This document shows, in pieces, positions 23,177-31,069 of a stretch of 31,069 nucleotides of DNA. A model generated the notes under the pieces. It worked only from the letters and a program-made list of their open reading frames with translations, was not told the origin of the DNA and did not search any database. Positions within the stretch are counted from its first letter, which is position 1. Every line of letters begins with the position of its first letter. The stretch comes from an uncultured Enterobacteriaceae bacterium (GTDB lineage: Bacteria > Pseudomonadota > Gammaproteobacteria > Eutrophobiales > Eutrophobiaceae). The position numbers were made by a program, and so were the translations under genes. The DNA lies in contig CAYMXG010000002.1 in NCBI GenBank assembly GCA_964394115.1, positions 1 through 31,069 on the forward strand. The letters run 5' to 3'.

Positions 23177-23585
23177 TGTAATTATCCTTCGTGGGATGCT
23201 CGACCGGCCAGGCCGTGGCTGTCCTGCAGCACTCGCCTGCGGGTGGGCTGACGCGTCCGTACCCGGGAGCCCCATCATCTTTAAAGATCCGGAATTCGCT
23301 GGTACGCCTCCGGAACTTCTGCTGCCTCTCGTCTGGATCGCTGCCCCGGCGCTTCGCGCCAGAACCAGCTTCCGCCCAAGGCGGCCAGATATCCGTGAGG
23401 CCAATCCGCGCCCATGCACCAGAGTGGGGCGCCCGTGCTGGGCGCGATGCAGTGACTGCTGCCTGGATGGAAAAACTCGGAAGTTCCGAGCTGACCCGCC
23501 ATAAGGGCAGGGTCCAGTGGCCAGAAGCCGTGCATTCCCTGACGGGTGCAGGACGCAATGAATGGAGGCATTTACCGCCTCCAGT
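23177..23585 (-). ncRNA. Structured rne 5' leader (cis-regulatory RNA candidate)
   Basis: At least seven hand-identified stem-loops between the predicted TSS (~23585) and the rne start; long autoregulatory rne leaders are established in E. coli. Confidence 0.6.
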
Positions 23586-23591
23586 CCGTGT

Positions 23592-23621
23592 ACTATATCA
23601 GGTCGTTTACTGACGCGGCAA
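23592..23621 (-). promoter_or_regulatory. Putative sigma70 promoter of rne (TTGCCG-N18-TATAGT, with TGn extension)
   Basis: Minus strand TTGCCG at 23621-23616 and TG-A-TATAGT at 23600-23592. Confidence 0.6.
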
Positions 23622-23653
23622 CCTCAAATTCTCACCGTATCTCCCGGATTCCA

Positions 23654-24607
23654 ATGCAAAAACGCGGCGTTGAACATGTCCGGATCGATGCAGCGCAACA
23701 TGGGCGGCGGCTGGATAATTTTCTCACTTCCCATTTTGGACAGGTGCCCAAAAGCCGTATCTACCAGATGATTCGCCGGGGTGAGGTAAGGGTCAATGGC
23801 GGCCGCGTCGATCCGGATTACCGTCTTGAGGAAGAGGACGATGTCCGCGTGCCGCCGGTATTGGCGCCGGACCCTGACCGCATCGCCGAAGTTAATATCC
23901 CGCGTCGTCTCCTGGAGCAATTGCAGGCTTCGATCCTGTACGAAGATGCGACCCTTCTGGTAGTGGACAAACCGGCCGGCGTGCCAGTGCATAGCGGTAG
24001 TGGCCAGGCATACGGGATCATTGACTTGGCGCGCGCGCTTTATCCCGACGATGCCGCATTGCAACTTGTGCATCGGCTGGATCGCGACACCTCGGGCTGC
24101 CTGCTGATTGCCCGCGACCATCGGCGCTTGCGGGAACTGCACGAACAGTTTCGCTCCGGGAGAATTCGCAAGCGCTACACGGCCCTGCTGCAGGGGAATC
24201 TGCGGCAGGTTGATATTCGCGTGGATGTCCCGCTTGACCGGGAGGCACGGGTACGTGGAGAGCGCACCGTGCGTGCGGATGCGGATGGTTCGGAATCCCG
24301 AACCCGATTTCGCGTCCTCCGGCAATTGCCGGGCGCCACCCTGGTGTCCGCGGTCATCGCCACCGGACGTACGCACCAGATCCGGGTGCATGCCCAGTAC
24401 ATCGAACATCCCGTGGCCGGGGATGATCGCTACGGTAATCGCGAGTTCAACCGGCGCATGCGTCGCTGTGGACTGAAACGCATATTCCTGCATGCTGCAA
24501 ACATAGTCATACCGCGCAGCCCGGGGCCGGATCTGTCGCTGGAATCCCCGCTCCCCGAGGACCTGCAACGGGCCCTGGCGCGCCTGGGCGGTACACCCGA
24601 ACCGTGA
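23654..24607 (+). CDS. rluC: 23S rRNA pseudouridine synthase, RluC type
   Basis: N-terminal S4 domain (GRRLDNFL...PKSRIYQMIRRGEVRVNG), VDKPAG, catalytic HRLDRDTSG, TGRTHQIRVH; divergent from rne. Confidence 0.95.
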   Translation: MQKRGVEHVRIDAAQHGRRLDNFLTSHFGQVPKSRIYQMIRRGEVRVNGGRVDPDYRLEEEDDVRVPPVLAPDPDRIAEVNIPRRLLEQLQASILYEDATLLVVDKPAGVPVHSGSGQAYGIIDLARALYPDDAALQLVHRLDRDTSGCLLIARDHRRLRELHEQFRSGRIRKRYTALLQGNLRQVDIRVDVPLDREARVRGERTVRADADGSESRTRFRVLRQLPGATLVSAVIATGRTHQIRVHAQYIEHPVAGDDRYGNREFNRRMRRCGLKRIFLHAANIVIPRSPGPDLSLESPLPEDLQRALARLGGTPEP

Positions 24608-24703
24608 ACATTTATCGCGCATCGCCGGGACTCAACCGGTACGCGGGCAACGCGCGCACCGCTGCCGTTGGGATGCCTGGCGCCACCCAGGGCGAGGGCG
24701 GTC

Positions 24704-24712
24704 TGCTAGAAT
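24704..24712 (+). promoter_or_regulatory. Extended -10 element TG-C-TAGAAT upstream of the S49 peptidase gene
   Basis: TGCTAGAAT in the rluC-sppA spacer, about 100 nt before ATG 24816. Confidence 0.5.
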
Positions 24713-24815
24713 TCAAGGCTACAGGCAGCGTTCAGCCGGCCGCGCCGTTGCCCGCGTGGCTGGAGACAAATCTACGCCGCAGCTAGTACCGAGTCCAACA
24801 GGAATAAACCCGCCC

Positions 24816-25760
24816 ATGAGTGAGCGCGATCCCGCCCAGTTTGAAAAAGACCTGGTCAATCAGGTGGCCATGGAATTCCTGCGCGAGCAGCGGGCGGCAC
24901 GGCGTTGGGGAATTTTCTTCCGCTTCCTGCTGGCCGGGTACCTTTTGCTGTTGCTAATCATGTACGCAGGTGGAGAAGCCGAAATGCGCGCCGGGGGCTT
25001 TCACGACAGCCGGTTTACGGCATTGGTCGAGGTGGATGGAGTCATCGCCACGGACGCGGAGGCCAGTGCGGACAACATCGTCACCGGGCTGCGCGCGGCG
25101 TTTGAAGATGAACGCACCGCTGGGGTCATCGTACGCATCAACAGCCCCGGTGGCAGTCCGGTGCAGGCGGGCTACGTGTTCGACGAAATGCGCAGGCTGC
25201 GCAAGGAAAATCCCGCGATACCACTCTATGCAGTGATTAGCGACCTATGCGCCTCGGGCGGGTATTACATTGCCGTCGGCGCAGACAAGATTTACGCGGA
25301 CAAGGCCAGTATCGTGGGTTCCATCGGCGTGATCATGTCCGGTTTTGGCTTCGTGGATTCCATGGGCAAGCTCGGCGTGGAACGGCGCGTCCGGCATGCG
25401 GGAGAGAACAAAGGTTTCCTGGATCCGTTCACGCCGCTGCGTGACGATGAAGTCGCCCACGTCGACGGCATGCTCGACGAAATCTACGAGCAGTTCAAAA
25501 GCGTGGTCAGAAAGGGTCGCGGCGATCGCCTGAAGGAGGACCCCGCCATCTTCTCCGGCCTGGTCTGGACCGGCGAGAAGTCATTGCAACTGGGGCTGGT
25601 GGATGGACTCGGCAGCGCCAGTTACGTGGCCAGGGAGATAATCGGAGCCGAGGAGATTGTGGACTTTACCCGCCACGAAAATTACTTCGATCGCTTTGCG
25701 CGCCGCATCGGTGCGGCCATGGCCGAGCAATTCCTGGCGCCCGCGTTGCGCATGCGTTGA
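24816..25760 (+). CDS. sppA: S49-family signal peptide peptidase (short SppA type)
   Basis: N-terminal TM after RRWGIFF, RINSPGGSP, CASGGYYIA, SIVGSIGV, GLVWTG, GLVDGLG; CAGGA SD. Confidence 0.9.
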   Translation: MSERDPAQFEKDLVNQVAMEFLREQRAARRWGIFFRFLLAGYLLLLLIMYAGGEAEMRAGGFHDSRFTALVEVDGVIATDAEASADNIVTGLRAAFEDERTAGVIVRINSPGGSPVQAGYVFDEMRRLRKENPAIPLYAVISDLCASGGYYIAVGADKIYADKASIVGSIGVIMSGFGFVDSMGKLGVERRVRHAGENKGFLDPFTPLRDDEVAHVDGMLDEIYEQFKSVVRKGRGDRLKEDPAIFSGLVWTGEKSLQLGLVDGLGSASYVAREIIGAEEIVDFTRHENYFDRFARRIGAAMAEQFLAPALRMR

Positions 25761-25775
25761 CAGTGCCCCTGTATT

Positions 25776-26387
25776 TCAGGGTATCAACACGCCGGCCCGG
25801 CGCAGCATCTCCGCCAGGGCGATCAGCGGCAGGCCAACGAGTGCGGACGGGTCCGGCAGACGCATGCCGCTCAATAACGCGACGCCGAGCCGCTCGGATT
25901 TGAAAGCCCCGGCGCAATCGTAGGGTCGCTCCGCCAGCAGGTAGCGCTCGATCTCGGCGTCCAGCAAGCGGCGAAAAAACACCTCACACTCCACCACGTC
26001 CATCTGTATTTGGGCACTGTTCGTATCCAGCAGGCAGAGGCCGGTCTGAAATCTGACCATATGACCGCTGCAGGATTGAAGTTGCAGGCGCGCCTCGGCA
26101 TGACCGCCCGGCTTGTTCAGGATATTGCCATCCGGCAGCACCGCGACCTGGTCCGATCCGATGATGAGGGCGCCGGGAAACTTGCCAGCCAGACTCATGG
26201 CCTTGCTCCGGGCCAGACGCTGGACCAATTCCACCGGATTTTCACCCGCCAGCGGTTCTTCATTCACTGCGGGCGTGGCCCAGTTAAAGGGCAGCCCCAG
26301 CCGCTGCAGTAACTCGTGCCGGTACGGGGAAGAGGAGGCCAGAACAATGGTCCGGGTAGCCGGCGGGGGGGTGGCATTCCGGGTCAT
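25776..26387 (-). CDS. yceF: Maf-family nucleoside triphosphate pyrophosphatase, YceF subtype
   Basis: IVLASSSPYR, IIGSDQV, KP, CAGAFKSE, LVGLPLIAL; divergent from yceD. Confidence 0.92.
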   Translation of the reverse strand: MTRNATPPPATRTIVLASSSPYRHELLQRLGLPFNWATPAVNEEPLAGENPVELVQRLARSKAMSLAGKFPGALIIGSDQVAVLPDGNILNKPGGHAEARLQLQSCSGHMVRFQTGLCLLDTNSAQIQMDVVECEVFFRRLLDAEIERYLLAERPYDCAGAFKSERLGVALLSGMRLPDPSALVGLPLIALAEMLRRAGVLIP

Positions 26388-26396
26388 GGGAGTAAA

Positions 26397-26425
26397 AGCT
26401 TATCGCTTTCAACAGGTTATTGCAT
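26397..26425 (-). promoter_or_regulatory. Putative maf/yceF promoter (ATGCAA-N17-TAAGCT) with an IHF-like box in the spacer
   Basis: Minus strand -10 at 26402-26397, 9 nt before the ATG; TTTCAA-CAGG-TTA at 26407-26419 (+) has one mismatch to WATCAANNNNTTR. Confidence 0.4.
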
Positions 26426-26445
26426 TGCCGGGTAGTGGAGTTGCT

Positions 26446-26474
26446 TTGACAGTACCCGGGCGTGTGGATAAACT
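26446..26474 (+). promoter_or_regulatory. sigma70 promoter of the yceD-rpmF-plsX-fab operon (TTGACA-N17-TAAACT)
   Basis: Perfect -35 at 26446-26451, exact 17-nt spacer, TAAACT at 26469-26474, GC-rich discriminator TGCGCGCC. Confidence 0.8.
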
Positions 26475-26484
26475 TGCGCGCCTG

Positions 26485-26991
26485 ATGTCGGGCTTGCCAC
26501 AGTATTTTGAGCCCATTCGCCTCGCGGAACGCGGTGAGGCGCTCGTCGGCGATCTTGTTGTCAACCAGATGCCGCGGTTGCGGCAATCTTTGCATGACGA
26601 TTCCGGAACTGTTCACGTGCACATTTCCTGTGAACCTGGCGAATCAGGGGCGTTCCGGGTCCATGGCAGCCTTTCAACCACCCTGAAGGTGGATTGTCAG
26701 CGCTGTCTCGGCGCATTCGACCTGTCGTTAAACGTGAGCGTTGATATCCGCGTCATGACGGGAACCGGGTCAGTCGCCGACCTGGACCTCGACGCCGATG
26801 TGCTGATGCTAGGCGAGGACAAGCTGGTGCATGTTGCCAGCCTGGTTGAGGATGAATTGATTTTGGCTCTACCCCTGGCGCCATTGCACCCCGAGGGGCA
26901 ATGCCCGGCGACCGAATATCAGGGGACGAAAGCGCCCATGCGTGAGAATCCATTTGCAGCATTGAAGACGTTGAAATTGAAGAAAGATTGA
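26485..26991 (+). CDS. yceD: YceD/DUF177 large-subunit rRNA accumulation protein
   Basis: ATG 26485 (MSGLPQYFEPIRLAERG); CQRCL motif, LVEDELILALPLAPLH, ENPFAALKTLK; directly upstream of rpmF. Confidence 0.92.
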   Translation: MSGLPQYFEPIRLAERGEALVGDLVVNQMPRLRQSLHDDSGTVHVHISCEPGESGAFRVHGSLSTTLKVDCQRCLGAFDLSLNVSVDIRVMTGTGSVADLDLDADVLMLGEDKLVHVASLVEDELILALPLAPLHPEGQCPATEYQGTKAPMRENPFAALKTLKLKKD

Positions 26992-27009
26992 TACAGGAGA
27001 GCAGCCAAA

Positions 27010-27192
27010 ATGGCCGTACAACAGAATCGGAAGTCGAGTTCCCGCCGCGACATGCGTCGTTCCCATGATGCACTTGCTGCGCCGACCCTTTCCATCGAGC
27101 CCAGCACCGGCGAAGTCCATCGTCGGCACCACGTCAGCCCGGATGGTTATTATCGCGGACGCAAAATACTGAAAACCAGGGACGACGAGTAG
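27010..27192 (+). CDS. rpmF: 50S ribosomal protein L32 (Cys-free, zinc-independent form)
   Basis: [19 protein letters not shown]...[18 protein letters not shown]; strong AGGAG SD. Confidence 0.99.
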   Translation: MAVQQNRKSSSRRDMRRSHDALAAPTLSIEPSTGEVHRRHHVSPDGYYRGRKILKTRDDE

Positions 27193-27230
27193 ACGTCAGC
27201 CGGCTGCGGCGGTTCGGGAACCGTTACCCG

Positions 27231-28253
27231 GTGACTGTACGCATCGCACTTGATGCCATGGGCGGTGACCATGGCCCGACTGAAATCGTCCCGGCGGCCA
27301 TGCAGGCGTTGCGGGACAATCCGGACCTTCAACTTATCCTCGTCGGCCGTGAGGCCGAACTGCGACCGCTTCTCGCGCAACATGGCTCCAGTCCCACCGG
27401 ACGGGTCGAGATCCGCGACGCGCCGGAAGTGGTTGAGATGCACGAATCACCTTCCGCAGCTTTGCGGATCAAAAAAACCTCCTCCATGCGCGTCGCCATA
27501 GACCTGGTCAAGGAAGGGGTCGCCCAGGCCTGCGTCAGCGCCGGAAACACCGGCGCGCTGATGGCCATGGCCCGCTACGTGCTGAAGATGCTGCCGGGCG
27601 TCGATCGCCCGGCCATCTGCACGACCATGCCCGGCATCCATGGCCAGACCCATTTGCTCGACCTCGGGGCCAATGTGATCTCCGACTCCGAGCAATTGTT
27701 CCAGTTTGCGGTCATGGGCAGCGAACTCACCAGCGCGGTGAACAATGTCACTGCACCGAGTGTGGCGTTGTTGAACGTGGGGGCCGAAGAGATAAAGGGT
27801 AACGACATGGTGAAACAGGCAGCCGTGCTGCTGTCCAACAGTCACCTCAATTACGTCGGCTTTGTCGAGGGCAATGACATTTATTCCGGCAAGGTCGATG
27901 TCATTGTTTGCGATGGATTCACCGGCAATATCGCACTCAAGGCCAGTGAAGGCGTGGCCGAGTTCATCAGTTACCACGCCAAGGCGGAATTTGAGAAATC
28001 CCTGTACGGCCGCACGGCCGCGTTGATCTCCATGCCCATCCTCCGGGCCATTCGCCGCAAGATCGACCCGCGCCGGTACAATGGCGCGACACTGCTTGGC
28101 TTGCGCGGCATCGTGGTCAAGAGTCACGGCAGCGCCGACAGGATTTCGTTTGCCCATGCCATTGAAGAAGCGGTCGCCGAGGTCCAGAAGAATGTGCCGG
28201 AACGCATCGCCGCCAGACTGGAGACATTGTTGATCCCGGAACCTGCGCCGTGA
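27231..28253 (+). CDS. plsX: Phosphate acyltransferase PlsX
   Basis: [55 protein letters not shown]. Confidence 0.98.
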   Translation: MTVRIALDAMGGDHGPTEIVPAAMQALRDNPDLQLILVGREAELRPLLAQHGSSPTGRVEIRDAPEVVEMHESPSAALRIKKTSSMRVAIDLVKEGVAQACVSAGNTGALMAMARYVLKMLPGVDRPAICTTMPGIHGQTHLLDLGANVISDSEQLFQFAVMGSELTSAVNNVTAPSVALLNVGAEEIKGNDMVKQAAVLLSNSHLNYVGFVEGNDIYSGKVDVIVCDGFTGNIALKASEGVAEFISYHAKAEFEKSLYGRTAALISMPILRAIRRKIDPRRYNGATLLGLRGIVVKSHGSADRISFAHAIEEAVAEVQKNVPERIAARLETLLIPEPAP

Positions 28254-29206
28254 CTTTCGGCGTCATCCTGGGGACCGGCAGTTATCTGCCGCAGCGCGTG
28301 ATCACCAACGCCGAACTGGCCCGGACAGTTGACACCTCGGACGAATGGATCCAATCCCGCACCGGGATCCGTCAGCGACACGTCGCCGCGGAAAATGAAT
28401 CGACCTGCGATATGGCCGAACAGGCGGCACTGCGGGCCATTGCCGCATCCGGACTGGCGGCGACGGACCTTGATCTTGTCATCGTTGCCACTTCGACCCC
28501 GGACCTGATCTATCCCAGCACCGCCTGCCTGCTGCAGAAACGCCTGGGAATTCGCAACGGCGGTGCAGCGTTCGACGTGCAGGCGGTTTGTTCGGGATTT
28601 ATTTATGCCGCCAGCATCGCAGATCAGTTCATTCGCTCGGGCGCTGCGCGTCGTGCCCTGGTCGTGGGCGCCGACGCCAATTCCAAGATCCTGGACTGGA
28701 CCGACCGCTCCACCTGCGTGCTGTTCGGCGACGGTGCCGGCGCTGTAATACTGGGCGCGGCGGAATCACCGGGCATTTACGTCACGCGCCTGCACGCCGA
28801 TGGTCATTATGCCGATCTGCTGCAGGTGCCTTCCGGCGTTTCCAGACCCTCCGCGGACGCGCATATCCGCATGCATGGGTCCGAGGTCTTCAAGTTCGCG
28901 GTGAATGTCATGGGTGACCTGGTGGGAGAGACGCTGGGCGCGGCGGGATTTGACATCGCAGACGTGGACTGGCTGATCCCGCACCAGGCCAATGAACGCA
29001 TCATCACCGCCACCGCACGCAAGCTGGGCCTGGAACTGGAGCGCGTGATAATTACCGTGGGCGAACATGGCAATACGTCCGCGGCGTCGATACCGCTGGC
29101 ATTGGATACCGGCATCCGTGACGTCCGTGTCAAGCGCGGCGAATTGCTGTTGCTGGAGGCGGTCGGCGGTGGCTTCACCTGGGGCTCACTGCTGGTTCGA
29201 TATTGA
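28250..29206 (+). CDS. fabH: 3-oxoacyl-ACP synthase III
   Basis: Triad [20 protein letters not shown]; LFGDGAGA; GGGFTWG. Confidence 0.98.
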   Translation: MTFGVILGTGSYLPQRVITNAELARTVDTSDEWIQSRTGIRQRHVAAENESTCDMAEQAALRAIAASGLAATDLDLVIVATSTPDLIYPSTACLLQKRLGIRNGGAAFDVQAVCSGFIYAASIADQFIRSGAARRALVVGADANSKILDWTDRSTCVLFGDGAGAVILGAAESPGIYVTRLHADGHYADLLQVPSGVSRPSADAHIRMHGSEVFKFAVNVMGDLVGETLGAAGFDIADVDWLIPHQANERIITATARKLGLELERVIITVGEHGNTSAASIPLALDTGIRDVRVKRGELLLLEAVGGGFTWGSLLVRY

Positions 29207-29207
29207 T

Positions 29208-30158
29208 ATGGCAAAAACGGACGCCAGTCTCGCCTTCGTTTTTCCCGGGCAGGGTTCCCAGTCCGTGGGCATGCTGGCTGACCTGGCCGCCGCGCATCCC
29301 GACATCCAGGAAACCTTTGCCGAGGCCGGTGCGGCACTCGGCATTGATCTGTGGCGCATGACACAGGCTGGCCCCGAGAATGAACTCAACCTGACCACGA
29401 ATACGCAACCGGCACTGCTCGCAGCCGCGGTAGCCACGTGGCGCGCCTGGCATGCTGCCGGCGGTGCCACACCCGCTTTGTTGTCCGGCCACAGCCTGGG
29501 GGAATATTCCGCGCTGGTTTGTGCCGGCTCCCTGCGCCTGGATGACTGCGTGCGCCTGGTGGCCGAACGCGGGCGCTGCATGCAGAACGCCGTGCCTGCC
29601 GGCAGTGGCGGCATGGCTGCGATCCTGGGTCTGGATGATCAGGCGGTGGTGGCAGCGTGCGCCGAGGCTGCAGGGAAAGAAATCGTTGCAGCTGTGAATT
29701 TCAACGCGCCGGGGCAGGTGGTGATCGCCGGACATCGCTCCGCCGTGGACAGGGCCATTGAAGCAGCGAAGGCGCGCGGCGCGAAACGGGCAATTGCGCT
29801 GCCGGTAAGCGTGCCGTCCCATTGCGCATTAATGTTGCCTGCCGCGGAAGCATTTCGCGTGCTCCTGGACCGCGTGCCGTTTGCTGATGCCACCATCCCT
29901 GTGGTGCAAAATGTCGATGCCGTGGCGCGCCAGGAGTCAGCAGCATTGCGCGCGGCGCTGATATTGCAATTGTCTTCGCCGGTACGCTGGGTGGATTGCG
30001 TGGGCACGCTGGCAAGTCTCGGGGCGCGTTGCATCACCGAATGCGGTCCGGGCAAGATCCTGTCGGGACTCATCAAGCGCATTGACGGCAGTTTGCAGGT
30101 GAACGCCATTGGCGAGCCATCCGGTTTTTCGGCAGCATTGTCGAGGGGGCAGACATGA
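29208..30158 (+). CDS. fabD: Malonyl-CoA:ACP transacylase
   Basis: FVFPGQGSQ, TQPALL, GHSLGEYS, VPSHC, ECGPGKILSGL; ATG 1 nt after the fabH stop. Confidence 0.98.
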   Translation: MAKTDASLAFVFPGQGSQSVGMLADLAAAHPDIQETFAEAGAALGIDLWRMTQAGPENELNLTTNTQPALLAAAVATWRAWHAAGGATPALLSGHSLGEYSALVCAGSLRLDDCVRLVAERGRCMQNAVPAGSGGMAAILGLDDQAVVAACAEAAGKEIVAAVNFNAPGQVVIAGHRSAVDRAIEAAKARGAKRAIALPVSVPSHCALMLPAAEAFRVLLDRVPFADATIPVVQNVDAVARQESAALRAALILQLSSPVRWVDCVGTLASLGARCITECGPGKILSGLIKRIDGSLQVNAIGEPSGFSAALSRGQT

Positions 30159-30904
30159 ACCAGGTACTTGGCGGACAGGTTGCGCTGGTTACCGGCGCCA
30201 GCCGCGGCATCGGGCGCGCCATCGCACAGACCCTGGGCGCAGCGGGAGCGACAGTGCTCGGCACGGCCACCTCCGCCAAGGGCGTCGGCACGATCGAAAG
30301 CGATCATGAACAATTGGGATACCAGGGCCGCGGCTTTGTGTTGGATGTTGCCGATGCGGCGTCGGTGGAACAATTCGGGCAGGAACTGGCGCAGGCCGGA
30401 CTTACGCCCCTGATCCTGGTAAATAACGCCGGGATTACACGCGACAACCTGCTACTGCGCATGAAGGATGAGGAATGGGACGCGGTCATCAATACCGACC
30501 TTACCTCCGTGTTCCGGCTCACACGCTTGTGCCTGCGCGGCATGATGAAGGCGCGTGCGGGCCGAATCATCAACATCACCTCCGTGGTGGCACTAAGCGG
30601 TAACGCCGGACAGGTAAATTATGCTGCGGCGAAGAGCGGCATGATCGGCTTCACCAAGTCGCTGGCACGGGAGGTGGGCAGCCGCGGCATCACCGTGAAT
30701 GCAGTGGCACCGGGCTTTATTGAAACGGATATGACCGAATCCCTGAGCGCGGATCAGAAAACGCAACTTGCGGCACAGATCAGTCTGGGGCGATTGGGAA
30801 GCGTGGGCGAAGTCGCACAAGTTGTTGCATTTCTTGCCTCACCGTCGGCGGCATACATCACCGGTGAAACCATCAATGTGAATGGCGGCATGTATATGTC
30901 GTGA
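30155..30904 (+). CDS. fabG: 3-oxoacyl-ACP reductase
   Basis: TGASRGIG, NNAGITRDNL, YAAAK, VAPGFIETDMT, NGGM. Confidence 0.98.
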   Translation: MNQVLGGQVALVTGASRGIGRAIAQTLGAAGATVLGTATSAKGVGTIESDHEQLGYQGRGFVLDVADAASVEQFGQELAQAGLTPLILVNNAGITRDNLLLRMKDEEWDAVINTDLTSVFRLTRLCLRGMMKARAGRIINITSVVALSGNAGQVNYAAAKSGMIGFTKSLAREVGSRGITVNAVAPGFIETDMTESLSADQKTQLAAQISLGRLGSVGEVAQVVAFLASPSAAYITGETINVNGGMYMS

Positions 30905-30981
30905 CCCATTGGACATCAGTGTCACAAACAGGCCATAACTCATTGTTAACTATTGGTTAATGAAGCATCGGGCACGGTGCC

Positions 30982-31009
30982 TTGCAAGTTAAGGACATTT
31001 CTCTAAACT
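30982..31009 (+). promoter_or_regulatory. Putative acpP promoter (TTGCAA-N16-TAAACT)
   Basis: Hexamers at 30982-30987 and 31004-31009, in the AT-rich fabG-acpP spacer. Confidence 0.5.
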
Positions 31010-31058
31010 TAGCCACGCATTTCGGTGCGACTACCGCAATAGGGAGGTATTTTTCATC

Positions 31059-31069
31059 ATGAGCAGTGT
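31059..31069 (+). CDS. acpP: Probable start of acyl carrier protein (truncated by the window)
   Basis: Strong SD GGGAGG at 31042-31047, then ATG AGC AGT (M-S-S); follows fabG. Only 3 full codons are visible, so the call rests on synteny. Confidence 0.6.

Noticed and set aside
23177-23419. 81-aa N-terminal extension of RNase E
   Set aside because: MKRMLINAT with an AAGGA SD is the canonical start; the region is better explained as a structured leader.
26365-26371. Homopolymer runs (G7 in maf, G7 in rnc, A8 at the acpS end) as phase-variation sites
   Set aside because: Short, in frame, in essential or housekeeping genes, and simply encoding PPP/GGG/EKK.
26113-26484. 124-aa extension of YceD
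   Set aside because: It overlaps maf antisense and lies upstream of a near-consensus promoter.

Overview
A GC-rich, non-enteric gammaproteobacterial core-genome window (SMC rather than MukB; rpoE-rseA-rseB-degP-lepA operon). It is almost fully coding, with intact housekeeping genes: queF (partial, -, missed by the ORF track), smc-zipA-ligA, nadB (-), rpoE-rseA-rseB-degP-glutaredoxin-like, lepA-lepB-DUF4845-rnc-era-recO-pdxJ-acpS-prfC, rne (-), rluC-sppA, maf/yceF (-), yceD-rpmF-plsX-fabH-fabD-fabG, and the first codons of probable acpP. I found no tRNA/rRNA, CRISPR array, mobile element, pseudogene or frameshift, and no novel protein system I can support. The best leads are non-coding. The first is a ~410-nt, multi-hairpin rne leader with an identifiable promoter, a 5'-terminal hairpin and an internal terminator-like hairpin+U5. 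The second is several divergent promoters whose -10 boxes sit 7-12 nt from SD-less start codons, i.e. candidate leaderless or short-leader mRNAs. The third is IHF-like boxes in the spacers. Many ORF-track starts were moved to more plausible downstream starts by eye. All assignments come from motif recognition, not database searches.
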